A DNA stretch of 64,000 bases from Holothuria leucospilota (lineage: Eukaryota). The notes under the pieces were generated by a model. That model was not told the DNA's origin. It saw only the letters and a list, made by a program, of their open reading frames with translations, and did not search any database. A program made the position numbers and the translations under genes. Each line of letters opens with the position of its first letter. The stretch's first letter is position 1. Shown here in pieces: positions 1 through 9,894 of the stretch. The DNA lies in NCBI GenBank assembly GCA_029531755.1, contig CM055976.1:6784493-6848492 (forward strand), given 5' to 3'.

Positions 1-707
1 CAAAGAGAGAGTATGATGTCAACAAGCGATTGCAGTACAATAATGTGTAATTTCAAGCATACCCAGATAGCAGCAGCAGGTTATATTTTTGGTGCATTAA
101 TAAATGTCCATGTTACAGTTACAGGAGAAAAGATAAAAAAAAATACATGCAGAAAACATTTAATTCTGGGTTGTCTACGATAGGTACAGAGAGCCCAAGT
201 AATGCAGATATCATGATAGTGGCTACCTTATCCAGGGCGTTAGGTTTACTTCATCTCTTGATAACTTGATTAAAAGATTTAGAAAAGTACGCCGAAGAGC
301 ATAGTGTTAGACATCAACAAATGAAAGAAACACAAGAAAAAAGATGTTGAGTTCAATCGGTCAGCTTTTTCTTTTCACTGTTTTATTTTAATCAGTACAT
401 AATCATTCTTCCTGTTACAATTGTTTTGAACAGCTACAGTATGTCATATATGATTACTTCAAAATTATAATCATAAAATCAAACTGTAAAGGTATGTTAC
501 AATAAAAATCTATGATGATCGTTACCAGTGAAATTTGAGTTTCTTGTTTTTTTTGTCTGCCGTTTCAGGGCAAGTGAAAATTTATCAGGGCAAGTGAATC
601 CTGGGTGCTACTTGCCCGACTGGGCAAGTTGTTTTAAAAGTTAATGTTCAGCCCTGCTTGTGTATTTTTAGTACATCGCATGAGTTTAGATAATGAACGT
701 ATGTCGG

Positions 708-747
708 TGAGCCTTTCGGCGGACTTCGTGAACGCCGAAAGGCTCAC
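708..747. repeat. Perfect 15-bp inverted repeat (hairpin) gtgagcctttcggcg / cgccgaaaggctcac with an 10-nt loop
   Basis: Direct reading; stem arms 708-722 and 733-747 are exact reverse complements. A related half-site ggtgagccctttggcg recurs at 1004-1019. Confidence 0.8.
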
Positions 748-784
748 TCAGTATGGCATGCGGGGAGGACAATAATAACATGAT

Positions 785-1005
785 GATCGTAAGTTTTTAC
801 ATGTACAACGTGTGTTTTTATATGTACAACGTGTGGTTTTACATATACATCGTAACATTTAACATGATGAACATATATATTTAGTATATGATGGTGTAAA
901 TTTACATCATGATGGTATGAAGTTAGTACATCATCGTATATTTTTGGTACATGAACGTGTAATTTTAGTACATGTACGTGTATTTTTAGTACATCATCAT
1001 ATGTG
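785..1005. repeat. Degenerate minisatellite of about 10 units of 21-22 bp (ttttagtacatgNacgtgt-like)
   Basis: Visible periodicity of tttt(a/g)(c/t)acat...cgtgt units. It is bracketed by gtgagccYtt(c/t)ggcg direct repeats at 706-722 and 1004-1019. Confidence 0.7.
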
Positions 1006-1033
1006 GTGAGCCCTTTGGCGTGCCATAGGTAAT

Positions 1034-1403
1034 TTTCGTAAATAGATGGATCACCCTTCTTATATACAGGTATAACTTTGGCTATTTTCAACTCATCGGG
1101 AACAATGCCTGAAACGAGCGAACAGTTTATGACATGACTTAGGGGTTTTGCTAAAAAGACAATGACTTTCCTAAGGATACTGGGCTTGATATTATCAAAA
1201 CCGGGGGATTTGTTTGGTTTAAGACAGGAAAGGGCAGTTTTAACAAGTGCAGCGTCGTTTGTAGGTGACATAAAAAGCGTGTGAGGATTTGGATTTTTAA
1301 GGTAATCATTAGCATTAGAGTTACATTTTATACGAGATGCCAAAGAAGGACCAATATTGGTGAAAAAAATGATTGAATCCATTCGCAATGACGTTAGGAT
1401 CAC
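1034..1403 (-). CDS. LINE ORF2 reverse transcriptase N-terminal fragment. Downstream of about 1034 the ORF is a reading-through artefact in minisatellite sequence
   Basis: Carries KSPGFDNIKPSILRK...PLSHVINCSLVSGIVPDELKIAKVIPVYKKGDPSIYENY. The RT normally continues with RPISL, but here the sequence switches to a tandem repeat. Confidence 0.7.
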
Positions 1404-1675
1404 TCGTTACTCCATTATTATGTTTGAAAGACGATGGATACGACAACTTATTAGTACCTTTTGTAAGACTTCATTAACAACCGTCCAAGTACGCTTCATA
1501 TGATATTTACATTTGTAGAATTTATCAGAGAAATAACGTTTCTTAGCAATACGAAGAATATGATTCAATTTATTACGGTAAGTACGAAAGTGGCTAAGTT
1601 TGTCAGGAGTAGGGTTCTTCAAGTACTTTTTATACATTTTATTTTTGCATTTGATTGATTGCAAAATACCACTGC

Positions 1676-2384
1676 TTATCCAGGGATGCCTTTTTTACGT
1701 CTCTTCCGCTTAGTGAAATAGAATAGAGGGAAACAAGTGTCATAGATATCACGAAAAGTAGAGTTAAAACGAGAAAACGCCGTAGTTACATCATTATCTG
1801 AGCAAATGAAGTCCCAGTTAAAATTACGACAACAAGTAACAAAATTATCGATATTCCTAGTCGAATAGTTCCTAGAATAATATCCATTATCATTGCTTTG
1901 TTTAGAAATGTCCAAACTTAGGAAAATCGGAAAGTGATCAGTGATATCAGTAATTAATATGCCTGAAACACAATGATTATCAACCCTGTTGGTGAATATG
2001 TTGTCGATTAACGAGGCAGATCTCTCATTTATACGTGTAGGTTTAGTTATAGTGGGTTCAAAGCTATTACTAACAATATTGCTAAGAAATTCATTGGTAC
2101 TATCTTTTAACAAATCAATATTGAAATCACCCATAATGTGACAGGGTTTACTTTCACTTGAAATCAAGTTCAAAATTTTATCAATGCAGTCATTAAAATC
2201 ACGGAGAGGACTCTGTGGTGGCCTATATATAACACCTACTATAACGTTTCTATTTCCTCCACCTTTTTGCGGGATTGTAAGTTCCACAAAAAGACTTTCG
2301 ATGATATCGCTAAAAAGACCAATGTCAGATCGCACAGTAAATTCTAATTCCTCATAAACATATAAACACACCCCTCCACCTTTT
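1676..2384 (-). CDS. LINE ORF2 endonuclease (EEP/APE) domain, middle to C-terminal part
   Basis: The ORF translation carries the KGGGV, ESLFVEL, IYRPP, GDFN and NIFTN motifs of LINE APE-type endonucleases. Confidence 0.75.
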
Positions 2385-2435
2385 TGATTCCTTGCCGAAG
2401 GCAGGCAAGGAATCTATGCGATGGTGATGTCGTGT

Positions 2436-2500
2436 GTGTGCGTATGTGTGTGCGTATGTGTGTATGTGTGTGTATGTGTGTATGTGTGTGTGTATGTGAC
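2436..2500. repeat. (TG)n / (TGTGTATG)n microsatellite inside the element
   Basis: Direct reading. Confidence 0.9.
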
Positions 2501-4130
2501 GCTTAGCTTGTAAACACGATATCTCCAGTTAGCAATGACTGACAGTTTTCATATTTAGTATATAGATTTGTCATGTTGAGAGGAAGAACCCTATTGTTTT
2601 TGGTGGAGGTCAAAGGTCATTTGAGGTCACCAGAGGTCAAAAACCGAAAACCTTGTAAACACGATATCTCAAGATAGCAATGACCGACACTTTTCATATT
2701 TGGTATACAGATTTGTCATGTCAAGAGGAAGAACCCTATTGATTTTGGTAGAGGTCAAAGGTCATCTGAGGTCACTGGAGGTTAAGCTGCAAAAACCTCG
2801 TAAATAGCTTGTAAACACGATATCTCAAGATGGCAGTGACCGACACTTTTCATATTTGGTATATAGATTTATCATGTTAAGAGGAAGAACCCTATTGTTT
2901 TTGGTAAAGGTCAAAGGTCATTTGAGGTCACCAGAGGTAAAAAACCGAAAACCTTGTAAACACGATATCTCAAGGTAGCAATGACTGACACTTTTCATAT
3001 TTGGTTTACAGACTTGTCATGTTGAGAGGAAGAACCCCATTGATTTTGATAGAGGTCAAAGGTCATCTGAGGTCACTGGAGGTTAAGCTGCGAAAACCTC
3101 GTAAATGGCTTGTAAACATGATATCTGAAGATAGCAATGACCAACACTTTTCATATTTGGTATGTAGATTTATCATGTTGAGAGGAAGAACCCTATTGTT
3201 TTTGGTAAAGGTCAAAGGTCATTTGAGGTCACCAGAGGTAAAAAACAGAAAACCTTGTAAACACAATATCTCAAGATAGCAATGACCGACACTTTTCATA
3301 TTTGGTATACAGATTTGTCATGTTGAGAGGGAGAACCCTATTGATTTTGGTAGAGGTCAAAGGTCATCTGAGGTCACTGGCAGTTAAGCTGCGAAAACCT
3401 TATAAACGGCTTGTAAACACAATATCTCAAGATAGCAATGACTGACAGTTTTCATATTCGGGATACAGATTTGTCATGTTGAGAGGAAGAACCCTATTGT
3501 TTTTGGTAAAGGTCAAAGTTCATTTGAGGTCACCAGAAGTAAAAGACTGAAAACCTTGTAATCACGATTTCTCAAAATAGGAGTGAAGGACACTTTTCAT
3601 ATTTGGTATACAGATTTGTCATGTCAAGAGGAAGAATGCTACTGTTTTTGTAGAGGTCAATGGTCATCTGAGGTCACTGGAGTTTAAACTGCAAAAGCCT
3701 CATAAACGGCTTGTAAACTCGATATCTCAAGATGGCAATGACCGACACTTTTCATATGTGGTATATAGATTTGTCATGTTGAGAAGAACCCTATTGTTTG
3801 CGGTAGAGGTCAAAGGTCATCTGAGGTCACCGGAGGTAAAACTGCGAAAAGCTTGTAAATCGCTTGTAATAATGATATCTCAAGATAGCAATGATAGACA
3901 CTTCATATTTAGTGTGTAGATTTGTCATGTGGAGAGGAAGAGCCCTATTGTTTTTGGTGAAGGTCAAAGGTCATTTGAGGTGTCTGGAGGTCAAAGACTG
4001 AAAATCTTGTAATCATGATATCTCAAGGTAGGAATGAAGGACACTTTTCATACATGGTATGTTGATTTGTCATGTTGAGAGAAAGAACCCAATTGTTTCT
4101 GGTAGAGGTCAAAGGTCATCTGAGGTCACT
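2500..4130. repeat. Satellite array. Monomers of about 148 and about 160 bp alternate, giving a higher-order repeat of about 305 bp with roughly 11 monomers
   Basis: The anchor ttgtaaacacgatatctcaagatagcaatgac recurs at 2507, 2655, 2808, 2955, 3107 and onward. A and B variants alternate: ...gaggtcaccagaggtcaaaaaccgaaaacc versus ...gaggtcactggaggttaagctgcaaaaacctcgtaaatagc. Confidence 0.85.
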
Positions 4131-4510
4131 GGAGGTCAAAAACAAAATTTCCTAAGAATTCCCAAGATCGTCATATGTGGTCACCAGAGGTCAAAAAGCA
4201 AAATTTCCCAAGAATTCCCAAGATTGTCATATGGGGTTACCACAAGTCAAAAGGCAAAATTTCCCAACAATTTCCAAGATTGTCATGGGGTCACCAGACA
4301 TAATAAAGCAAGAATTCCCAAGTGTCATTTGGGGTCACTAAAGGTCAGAAAGCAAAATTCCTCGAGAATTCCCAAGATCATCGTCTGGGGTCACTAAAGG
4401 TCAAAAAGCAAAATTTCCCAAGAATTCCCAAGATTGTCATCTGGGGTCACCAGAGGTCAAAAAGCAAATTTCCCAAGAATTTTCAAGATCCAAGATCCAT
4501 TGGAGGTCAG
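4130..4510. repeat. Short-period satellite of about 57-60 bp, derived from the 3' part of the large monomer (ggtcaccagaggtcaaaaagcaaaatttcccaagaattcccaagattgtcat...)
   Basis: Visible 57-60-bp periodicity. It shares ggtcaccagaggtcaaaaa with the 148-bp monomer. The same sub-array sits at the 3' end of copy 2, at 62590-62810. Confidence 0.8.
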
Positions 4511-4676
4511 AGGTCATTTGAAGTCATCAGAAGTTAAATACCAAATGCATTGAAAAACACGATATTTCAAGACAGGTATTAGATACTTGTAATACTTGTG
4601 AATTTGAGGGATAAACCTCAGTGCAACAAAGCATCCCCATTTGGCAAGGAATCACTAAGCCTTTGGGCTTTCTGGT

Positions 4677-5233
4677 TTATTATTCATGTTACATTCAACC
4701 ATTTTATAGTTACTAAGTTGGATAAGTGGGGGCAAACAATCACTGAACCATGTTTCTGTAAAGCCTAAGACGGTAAAAGTGTGGTCTAATATCGTTAAGA
4801 GGTTAGAAATGGAATCAAGGTTCTTTCTCAAGCTCCTGCTGTTTAGATGGAAAAGGGAAAAATCACCATGGGTAAGTTTATTAAAACTATCAATGTTGTA
4901 GTAATTACTGGAATCGATTGTGAATGTCTCATAGAGTGAAGAGAGACTTTGCGAGAGAAAATCACCACCTTGATTCATGGAGCGAGTGTCTTGAATTGCA
5001 TCTCTAAAGGCGTTATCATCAATTAAGTGATTAAATGGTAAATTAACACAACAGTCCCCGCAAGTCCAGGGCGAAATGGTACCGGTATTATTTTGGGTAA
5101 CGCATAAGTTGTGGAAATATTTTTTACAAATACAACATTTACTTACTAAACTTCTACTTGCTTCATAATCAATGGATCTTTTACACTTACTGCAGAAAAC
5201 AAACATAAATGAGAGTGACACACAAACAAACAA
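4677..5233 (-). mobile_element. 5' part of the same CR1/L2-like LINE ORF2. It holds a PHD-like Cys-rich zinc finger and the N-terminus of the APE endonuclease. The Helentron-like insertion separates it from 1034-2384
   Basis: ORF 4655-5233 (-) reads CSKCKRSID...CCICKKYFHNLC...WTCGDCC. Further on it reads FSLFHLNSRSLRKNLDSISNLLTILDHTFTVLGFTETWFSDC, the EN N-terminal signature (ETW motif). The last codons, ...KPESPKA, are read from element sequence. Together with 2384 the EN is complete except for about 8-10 residues. Confidence 0.7.
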
Positions 5234-5338
5234 ACAAAATATAGGCTACTCACAAGATTAAGACAAGTAATACTCGAGTATCGAGACCTTTGGATAATAC
5301 AGGAAATTTACATATTCATTGCAGATGTTTCAAGTCAT

Positions 5339-6876
5339 TTGGACCCCAATATTGGGGCTACAGCAGTTATTGAATGTGACTATGTAAAAGGAGACAGTAT
5401 GGATGAGAATTTAGATAGCTCTTTTAGACAAGACAACGAGGATTTACTGTCACTTCCCCATATGGAACCTACCGAAACTATTGCAGATGTTGAAATTAAT
5501 CCTAACCTCCCATCAGAGCAAATTAGGCAGATTAAAAGAGTATTGGGAAATTTTCATGACATTCTGACTGACGTAACACTCCCTTACTCACCCACCAAAT
5601 TAATTTGACATCAGATGAACCTATTAGGGTGAAACAATACCCCCTCCCCCATGCTACGCAAGATGTGATACAGAAAGAAGTTGCAAAAATGTTGGAAATG
5701 GATGTTATTGAAAGGTCAAATTCACCATACTGTTCACCTGTTGTAATCGTTAAGAAAAAGGATGGAAGTAACAGATTTTGCGTGGATTACAGACGTTTAA
5801 ATAGAGTGACAATTTTCGATGCAGAACCTATGCCTAACCCAGATGAAATATTCGCACGTTTAGCTAACTCCAATTACTTTTCGAAATTAGACTTAAGCAA
5901 AGGTTATTGGCAAATACCCGTTGAAGAACATGCCAAACCATTGACTGCTTTTTCAACACCTTCAGGGTTATTTCAATTCAAGGTTTTACCCTTTGGCCTT
6001 GTTAACTCTTCAGCAACATTTAATCGTATGATGCGTATTTTATTGTTTGACCTAGACCATGTTGACAGTTATATTGATGATATTCTCATTTATACTTCCA
6101 CTTGGGAAAAACATATCGAAATTCTAGGGGAAATTTTGAAAAGGTTACGAAAAGCAAACCTTACAATTCGTCCTAGTAAATGTAGCCTGGGAATGGAAAA
6201 CATTGAATTTCTGGGACACATCATTAGCAGAGGGAAAGTATACCCCCAGGATTGTAATACAAACAAAATTCAGAATTCCCCTCGCCCTCAAACCAAAAAA
6301 CAGCTTCGTTCATTTCTGGGTCTGGCGGGCTATTACCGAAATTTTATCCCAAATTATGCTGCAATAGCCGCCCCACTTACAGACAAAACGAAGAATAAAG
6401 AACCAAACCAAATTGTTTGGGGAGATAGCCAAGAAATTGCTTTCTCCACTTTAAAGGAAAAGCTGACTAGAAAACCAATTCTTCACCTCCCAGATCTGTC
6501 CAAACAATTCACGCTTAGAACAGATGCCTCAGATATCGGTCTTGGTGCAGTCCTCCTTCAAAACTTCCATGACGAATTATTCCCCGTAGCGTTTGCTAGT
6601 CGGAAACTTTTGCCCAGGGAAAGGGCGTATTCAGTAATGGAAAGAGAGTGTCTAGGTGTTGTCTGGGGTGTAATCAAGTTTCAGAGATATTTATATGGTA
6701 AAGAGTTTGTCCTGCAAACGGACCACGAACCACTTGCATTTATGCAGAAATCCCGTATGACAAACAATCGTATTATGCGATGGGCACTAGCTTTACAGCC
6801 TTATAAGATAAGAATAGAAGCTATTAAAGGCTCTGAAAATGTAGGGGCCGATTTTTTGAGCCGTGTTGTAAATTAG
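5339..6876 (+). mobile_element. Ty3/gypsy-like LTR-retrotransposon pol fragment. It contains reverse transcriptase and RNase H only. No protease start, integrase or LTRs are visible
   Basis: ORF 5605-6876 carries the RT motifs SPYCSPVVIVKKKDGSNRFCVDYRRLN, LDLSKGYWQIP, FKVLPFGLVNSSATF, YIDDILIY and FLGHIIS. The RNase H motif TLRTDASDIGLGAVLLQ is also present. ORF 5339-5608 is the upstream pol part, joined with a frameshift near 5600. Confidence 0.8.
5605..6876 (+). CDS. pol polyprotein fragment (RT-RNase H) of the LTR retrotransposon
   Basis: Same motifs as the parent feature. A stop at 6876 is followed by no integrase. Confidence 0.75.
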   Translation: MTSDEPIRVKQYPLPHATQDVIQKEVAKMLEMDVIERSNSPYCSPVVIVKKKDGSNRFCVDYRRLNRVTIFDAEPMPNPDEIFARLANSNYFSKLDLSKGYWQIPVEEHAKPLTAFSTPSGLFQFKVLPFGLVNSSATFNRMMRILLFDLDHVDSYIDDILIYTSTWEKHIEILGEILKRLRKANLTIRPSKCSLGMENIEFLGHIISRGKVYPQDCNTNKIQNSPRPQTKKQLRSFLGLAGYYRNFIPNYAAIAAPLTDKTKNKEPNQIVWGDSQEIAFSTLKEKLTRKPILHLPDLSKQFTLRTDASDIGLGAVLLQNFHDELFPVAFASRKLLPRERAYSVMERECLGVVWGVIKFQRYLYGKEFVLQTDHEPLAFMQKSRMTNNRIMRWALALQPYKIRIEAIKGSENVGADFLSRVVN

Positions 6877-7902
6877 TGTGTTTATCAAGAAAATGTGGCA
6901 TTTTCTCATCAAACCGGGGGTGATGTCACGGCAGTGTTGAATATTATTCATAAGAATGCTTGTTTGTAAATTCCATTGCTAGTTATAAGGTGTGTGAGAT
7001 GCTTTCATATTGCAAATGCCGATCTTAAAGAGTTTTAATTCATTTGGAATTTGCTGAGAAGGTTTAAGCCGACGTGGCACGTAGTACTTTCTTATTAAAG
7101 CCACTGCTGAAGCATACGGTATTGTTTGTGTTTGGACCCCATTATTGTATTATGTAATCAAGAATTTAACAGTATTGTATGTCTAGTGAGAGTTCTCTGC
7201 GTTTCAATTAGGAGGGTCACTGTGCATGTGATTCCCGTCAGGTAAACACGACGGAGCCAGTCCGGCCTCTAAGGCAAAATCAACGAGATACGACCGTAAG
7301 TAGAATATTTTATTCAAAGTTAGGTAAAAAGGAGACTGACCAAATTTATAAGGGCATCCTTGGAAAAAATATCGAATTGAAACTGACAAATTATTGGGTT
7401 TTTCTTGAATTATAGATGGCTACGTATTGAAGGGCCGTTAACCCTTAGCTCAGCCGTGTAGTACGGAAAGGGAGACGCAGGCCATAGAAGTCCACAAAAT
7501 TAAGAGTTATCGAACAAAATTATCAAGGAAAGCTGAACGCTAGTTTTAACAGTTTAAATCCAGAAAAAAGGAAATCCAGAGCTAATTTGTATCCACAACG
7601 AGGAAAGATTGTACGTTAAGTTAAATCAAGCGAGCCAGAGAAAGCGAAAGATAATTTAACTGCTCAAAGAGAAATGCAGAGAACTCGCTAAAGTCTGTTA
7701 CAATTTGAGGTGGAGGAAGAGTCCTGTTATTTATGAATATCGGAATTGTATATATTTGTTCACTTGTTAATGAACCGAAGAGAGCGGGAGAAATAAAGTA
7801 TAATAAAGGAAGAAGGAAAAGAAAAGGAAAGAGCAAAGAAGGGAACGAGAACCCTATGTGAATACATACAAGAAGCATTTTAGAAGAGATTTTTTCTGTC
7901 AG

Positions 7903-8392
7903 TCATTTTTTGTTTAATTAGTCTCACGCAAACCTCATTCCACTTAAATTTTAAAGGGAACCCGGGAGATACCAATGACACTTGGGGGCCTAGTTCAATC
8001 TGGGCTCACCAAAATATAGTTAAAATCACCGCTGCCACCAGAATGTAACGTGGGCCGAGCCTTGGTTTTGCGGACCTTAAAGATTTGGGAAAGACACTCG
8101 AAAAAGAGACCTTTCACATGCAGGAGGTTCCATGCAGAGCAAACATGTATTCGCCTTCCAGGACCGACCAAAGACTGACTCGACTCATTTCATGTATATA
8201 CAAAAGTTCAACTTAAGGCTAGTGACCAATTAACATAACAAACACACATTTAAGTACAAATATTTAACGCACTCACTCACTACAGGTGTAACACAATGAT
8301 ACAAGAATAACAATTCACACAATAATACAAAATAACAATACAAATAAATTCCAAAAATACACTGATGCAAGTAACTTCGCTACATTAGCACA
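7903..8392 (+). repeat. Unclassified interspersed repeat, family R2. The 8044-8392 portion recurs inverted at 14866-15233
   Basis: The reverse complement of 14866-15233 aligns to 8044-8392, for example caagaataacaattcacacaat...aagtaacttcgctac. Both copies end exactly at ...gtaacttcgctac. Confidence 0.6.
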
Positions 8393-9099
8393 AATAAAAC
8401 ATGTATATTAGTACCAATAATATGTAGGGCATTATGTCTTTGCGATAGCCTTTACATGATGTTTCATCTTTCATCTGTATCTCATAGGTGCAACCCATTC
8501 TCCTCACGTACAGTATCACCAAGCAACATGTGATCATGGTTGACGGTGTAGCGGGAAGAATTCCATACCGGCACTCGCAAAGGAGTCTTTCATCGTAAAT
8601 AGGAATAAGCCAAAAAGCCGCCCGTAAAGAAAAAAAAAATAGATCGCTTTTAGGTACTTACAGTTTAGGTACTTACAGATGTCAGTCATTTGTGACATGC
8701 TAATCACTAATTAACCCTAATACGGAATTAAACAGTGGTCACTGGCAATAAACACATCTCTATTGATTACAATAATTGTAATTCTCTACATGTACACATT
8801 GAGATCTTTACATGCATGCAGACGTGTGAATATTATTGATGTCTTTAATTTGTCTGAAGACTTTAATTGGGGTAGCTTTTCAAATACAGTCTTGCACTAT
8901 TAATTACAGTAAGTGATTAAATTGGGTCGTTGTAAATATGCGTAAAATATCCCGAAGACCAATTGCCAATAGGTCAGTGATTTACGTATGTATCAATGGC
9001 TTGAAAATGTCATCGGAATGCCTTCCACTCAGAGATACTTTCAAGTCTTGAGTACTGTACCTAAAATGTTCTTAACTGGAAATAATGCAAGAAGGAAAT

Positions 9100-9660
9100 G
9101 ATACAGAAATAGCTTTTCTTTAGCTCTGAAGTGAGCTCGGATAAAACAAACGGGCCCGGTGTGAGGGCGAACAGGCCCGTAGCCGGACAGTCACGGTGCA
9201 AAATGGCTTGGGGTGGGGGAGGGGACGAAATACTGTGTAGTGGGTGAAACATACCACAATGCATTACGGCTATAGTAATTCTGTATTTCTTTCGGATTGG
9301 GCCTCCCGGGGCTGGGGGTACATATTCCGCCGGTCCTCATAGCCCGGGCTATGACCCGAGAGTGATTCCAGGGAGGATCCATGACTTCACAAAAGGGATG
9401 GGGCAGGCGGGTTAACTTCAAGAGGGCAGAATTTTGCTAGCGTTATATGTGCGAACCCTCAATGGGGGTGGGGGTGGAGAGGGGTCTTGGGGAAATGCGG
9501 TTTTCTGGCATCTAGCAGTAAAAATAAGTATACATATTTGTACGACAGCTTTGGGTTCGTCCAAAAGAAAATGTTGCTGAAGAAGCGGTGAGAGCTGGAG
9601 CAGGGAAATTCCCCTTTGGATCTTCACCTGGGCAAATAATGGGACTCTTTGAGAATTCGG
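9100..9660. repeat. Interspersed repeat(s) punctuated by G/C homopolymers. A ctggcatct(a/g)gca...cagctttggg module recurs at about 35295-35420
   Basis: The shared string ttctggcatctggcaattaaaataagcactacatattgttaagcagctttggg at 35295 matches 9495-9560. G-rich motifs are like those at 21300-22650. Confidence 0.45.
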
Positions 9661-9894
9661 CTATTTATTAAATGTCTATGACATGAATGATAACAATATG
9701 ACAAGATTTAAGACTGCATTAAGAACCAGGTTTCAGTTTCATGCACAAAGGTCATTTATGTAATACCAGAAACAGGTACCTCCATGGGAGGCCTTCCAGA
9801 ACAACGCCAGGTCAAAGTTGTACGGGATAAGCCAGCTAGTGTTAAAAATTTACATCTGTAGGATTTGTTGAACGTCTGGTTAGCAGAGTCCATC

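Larger units (their letters stand above)
1034..2384 (-). mobile_element. CR1/L2-like non-LTR retrotransposon (LINE) ORF2 fragment. The C-terminal two thirds of the APE endonuclease, the linker and the reverse transcriptase N-terminus survive. The RT is truncated at ...YENY|(RPIS)
   Basis: Minus-strand ORFs 1676-2371, 1407-1664 and 744-1403. They show the EN motifs KGGGVCLYV, ESLFVEL, VGVIYRPP, GDFNIDL and IDNIFTN. The RT N-terminal motif LKPNKSPGFDNI...GIVPDELKIAKVIPVYKKGD is present. Reading upstream of the GTG at 2371 gives ...NQKGGGVCLYV, so the LINE runs to about 2384. Confidence 0.8.
2385..4676 (+). mobile_element. Non-autonomous Helentron-like element, copy 1 (Helitron2/HINE/DINE-TR1 type). 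Order of parts: 5' TIR, (TG)n, satellite array, 3' subterminal TIR, terminal hairpin
   Basis: The 5' terminal tgattccttgcc at 2385-2396 is the exact reverse complement of the subterminal ggcaaggaatca at 4642-4653. A short palindrome aagcctttgggctt follows the 3' TIR, and the element ends ...tttctggtt. Both flanks are T, consistent with a T|T target. The same termini bound two other copies at 44911-45641 and 60967-63014. Confidence 0.6.

Noticed and set aside
2500-4510. CRISPR array
   Set aside because: The sequence is eukaryotic. Repeats of 148 and 60 bp are contiguous with no unique spacers. It is a satellite.
3001-4537. ORFs 3001-3279, 4059-4397, 4322-4537 (+), and 62040-62276 and 62848-63042 in copy 2
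   Set aside because: They lie wholly within tandem satellite monomers. The open frames are periodic artefacts repeated from monomer to monomer (MLRGRTLL...KGHLRS), not genes.
2385-4676. Classifying the satellite-bearing elements as canonical Helitrons (Helitron1)
   Set aside because: There is no 5' TC or 3' CTRR terminus and no A|T target. Instead there is a 5' TIR paired with a subterminal 3' TIR followed by a hairpin, with T|T flanks. That fits the Helentron/Helitron2 class.
7983-8010. tRNA-like B-box (GGCCTAGTTCAATCTGGGCTCACCA) within repeat R2, suggesting a tRNA-derived SINE
   Set aside because: No A-box (TRGCNNAGTGG) lies at the expected distance upstream, and the acceptor and T-stem pairing is poor. 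The site is left unclassified.
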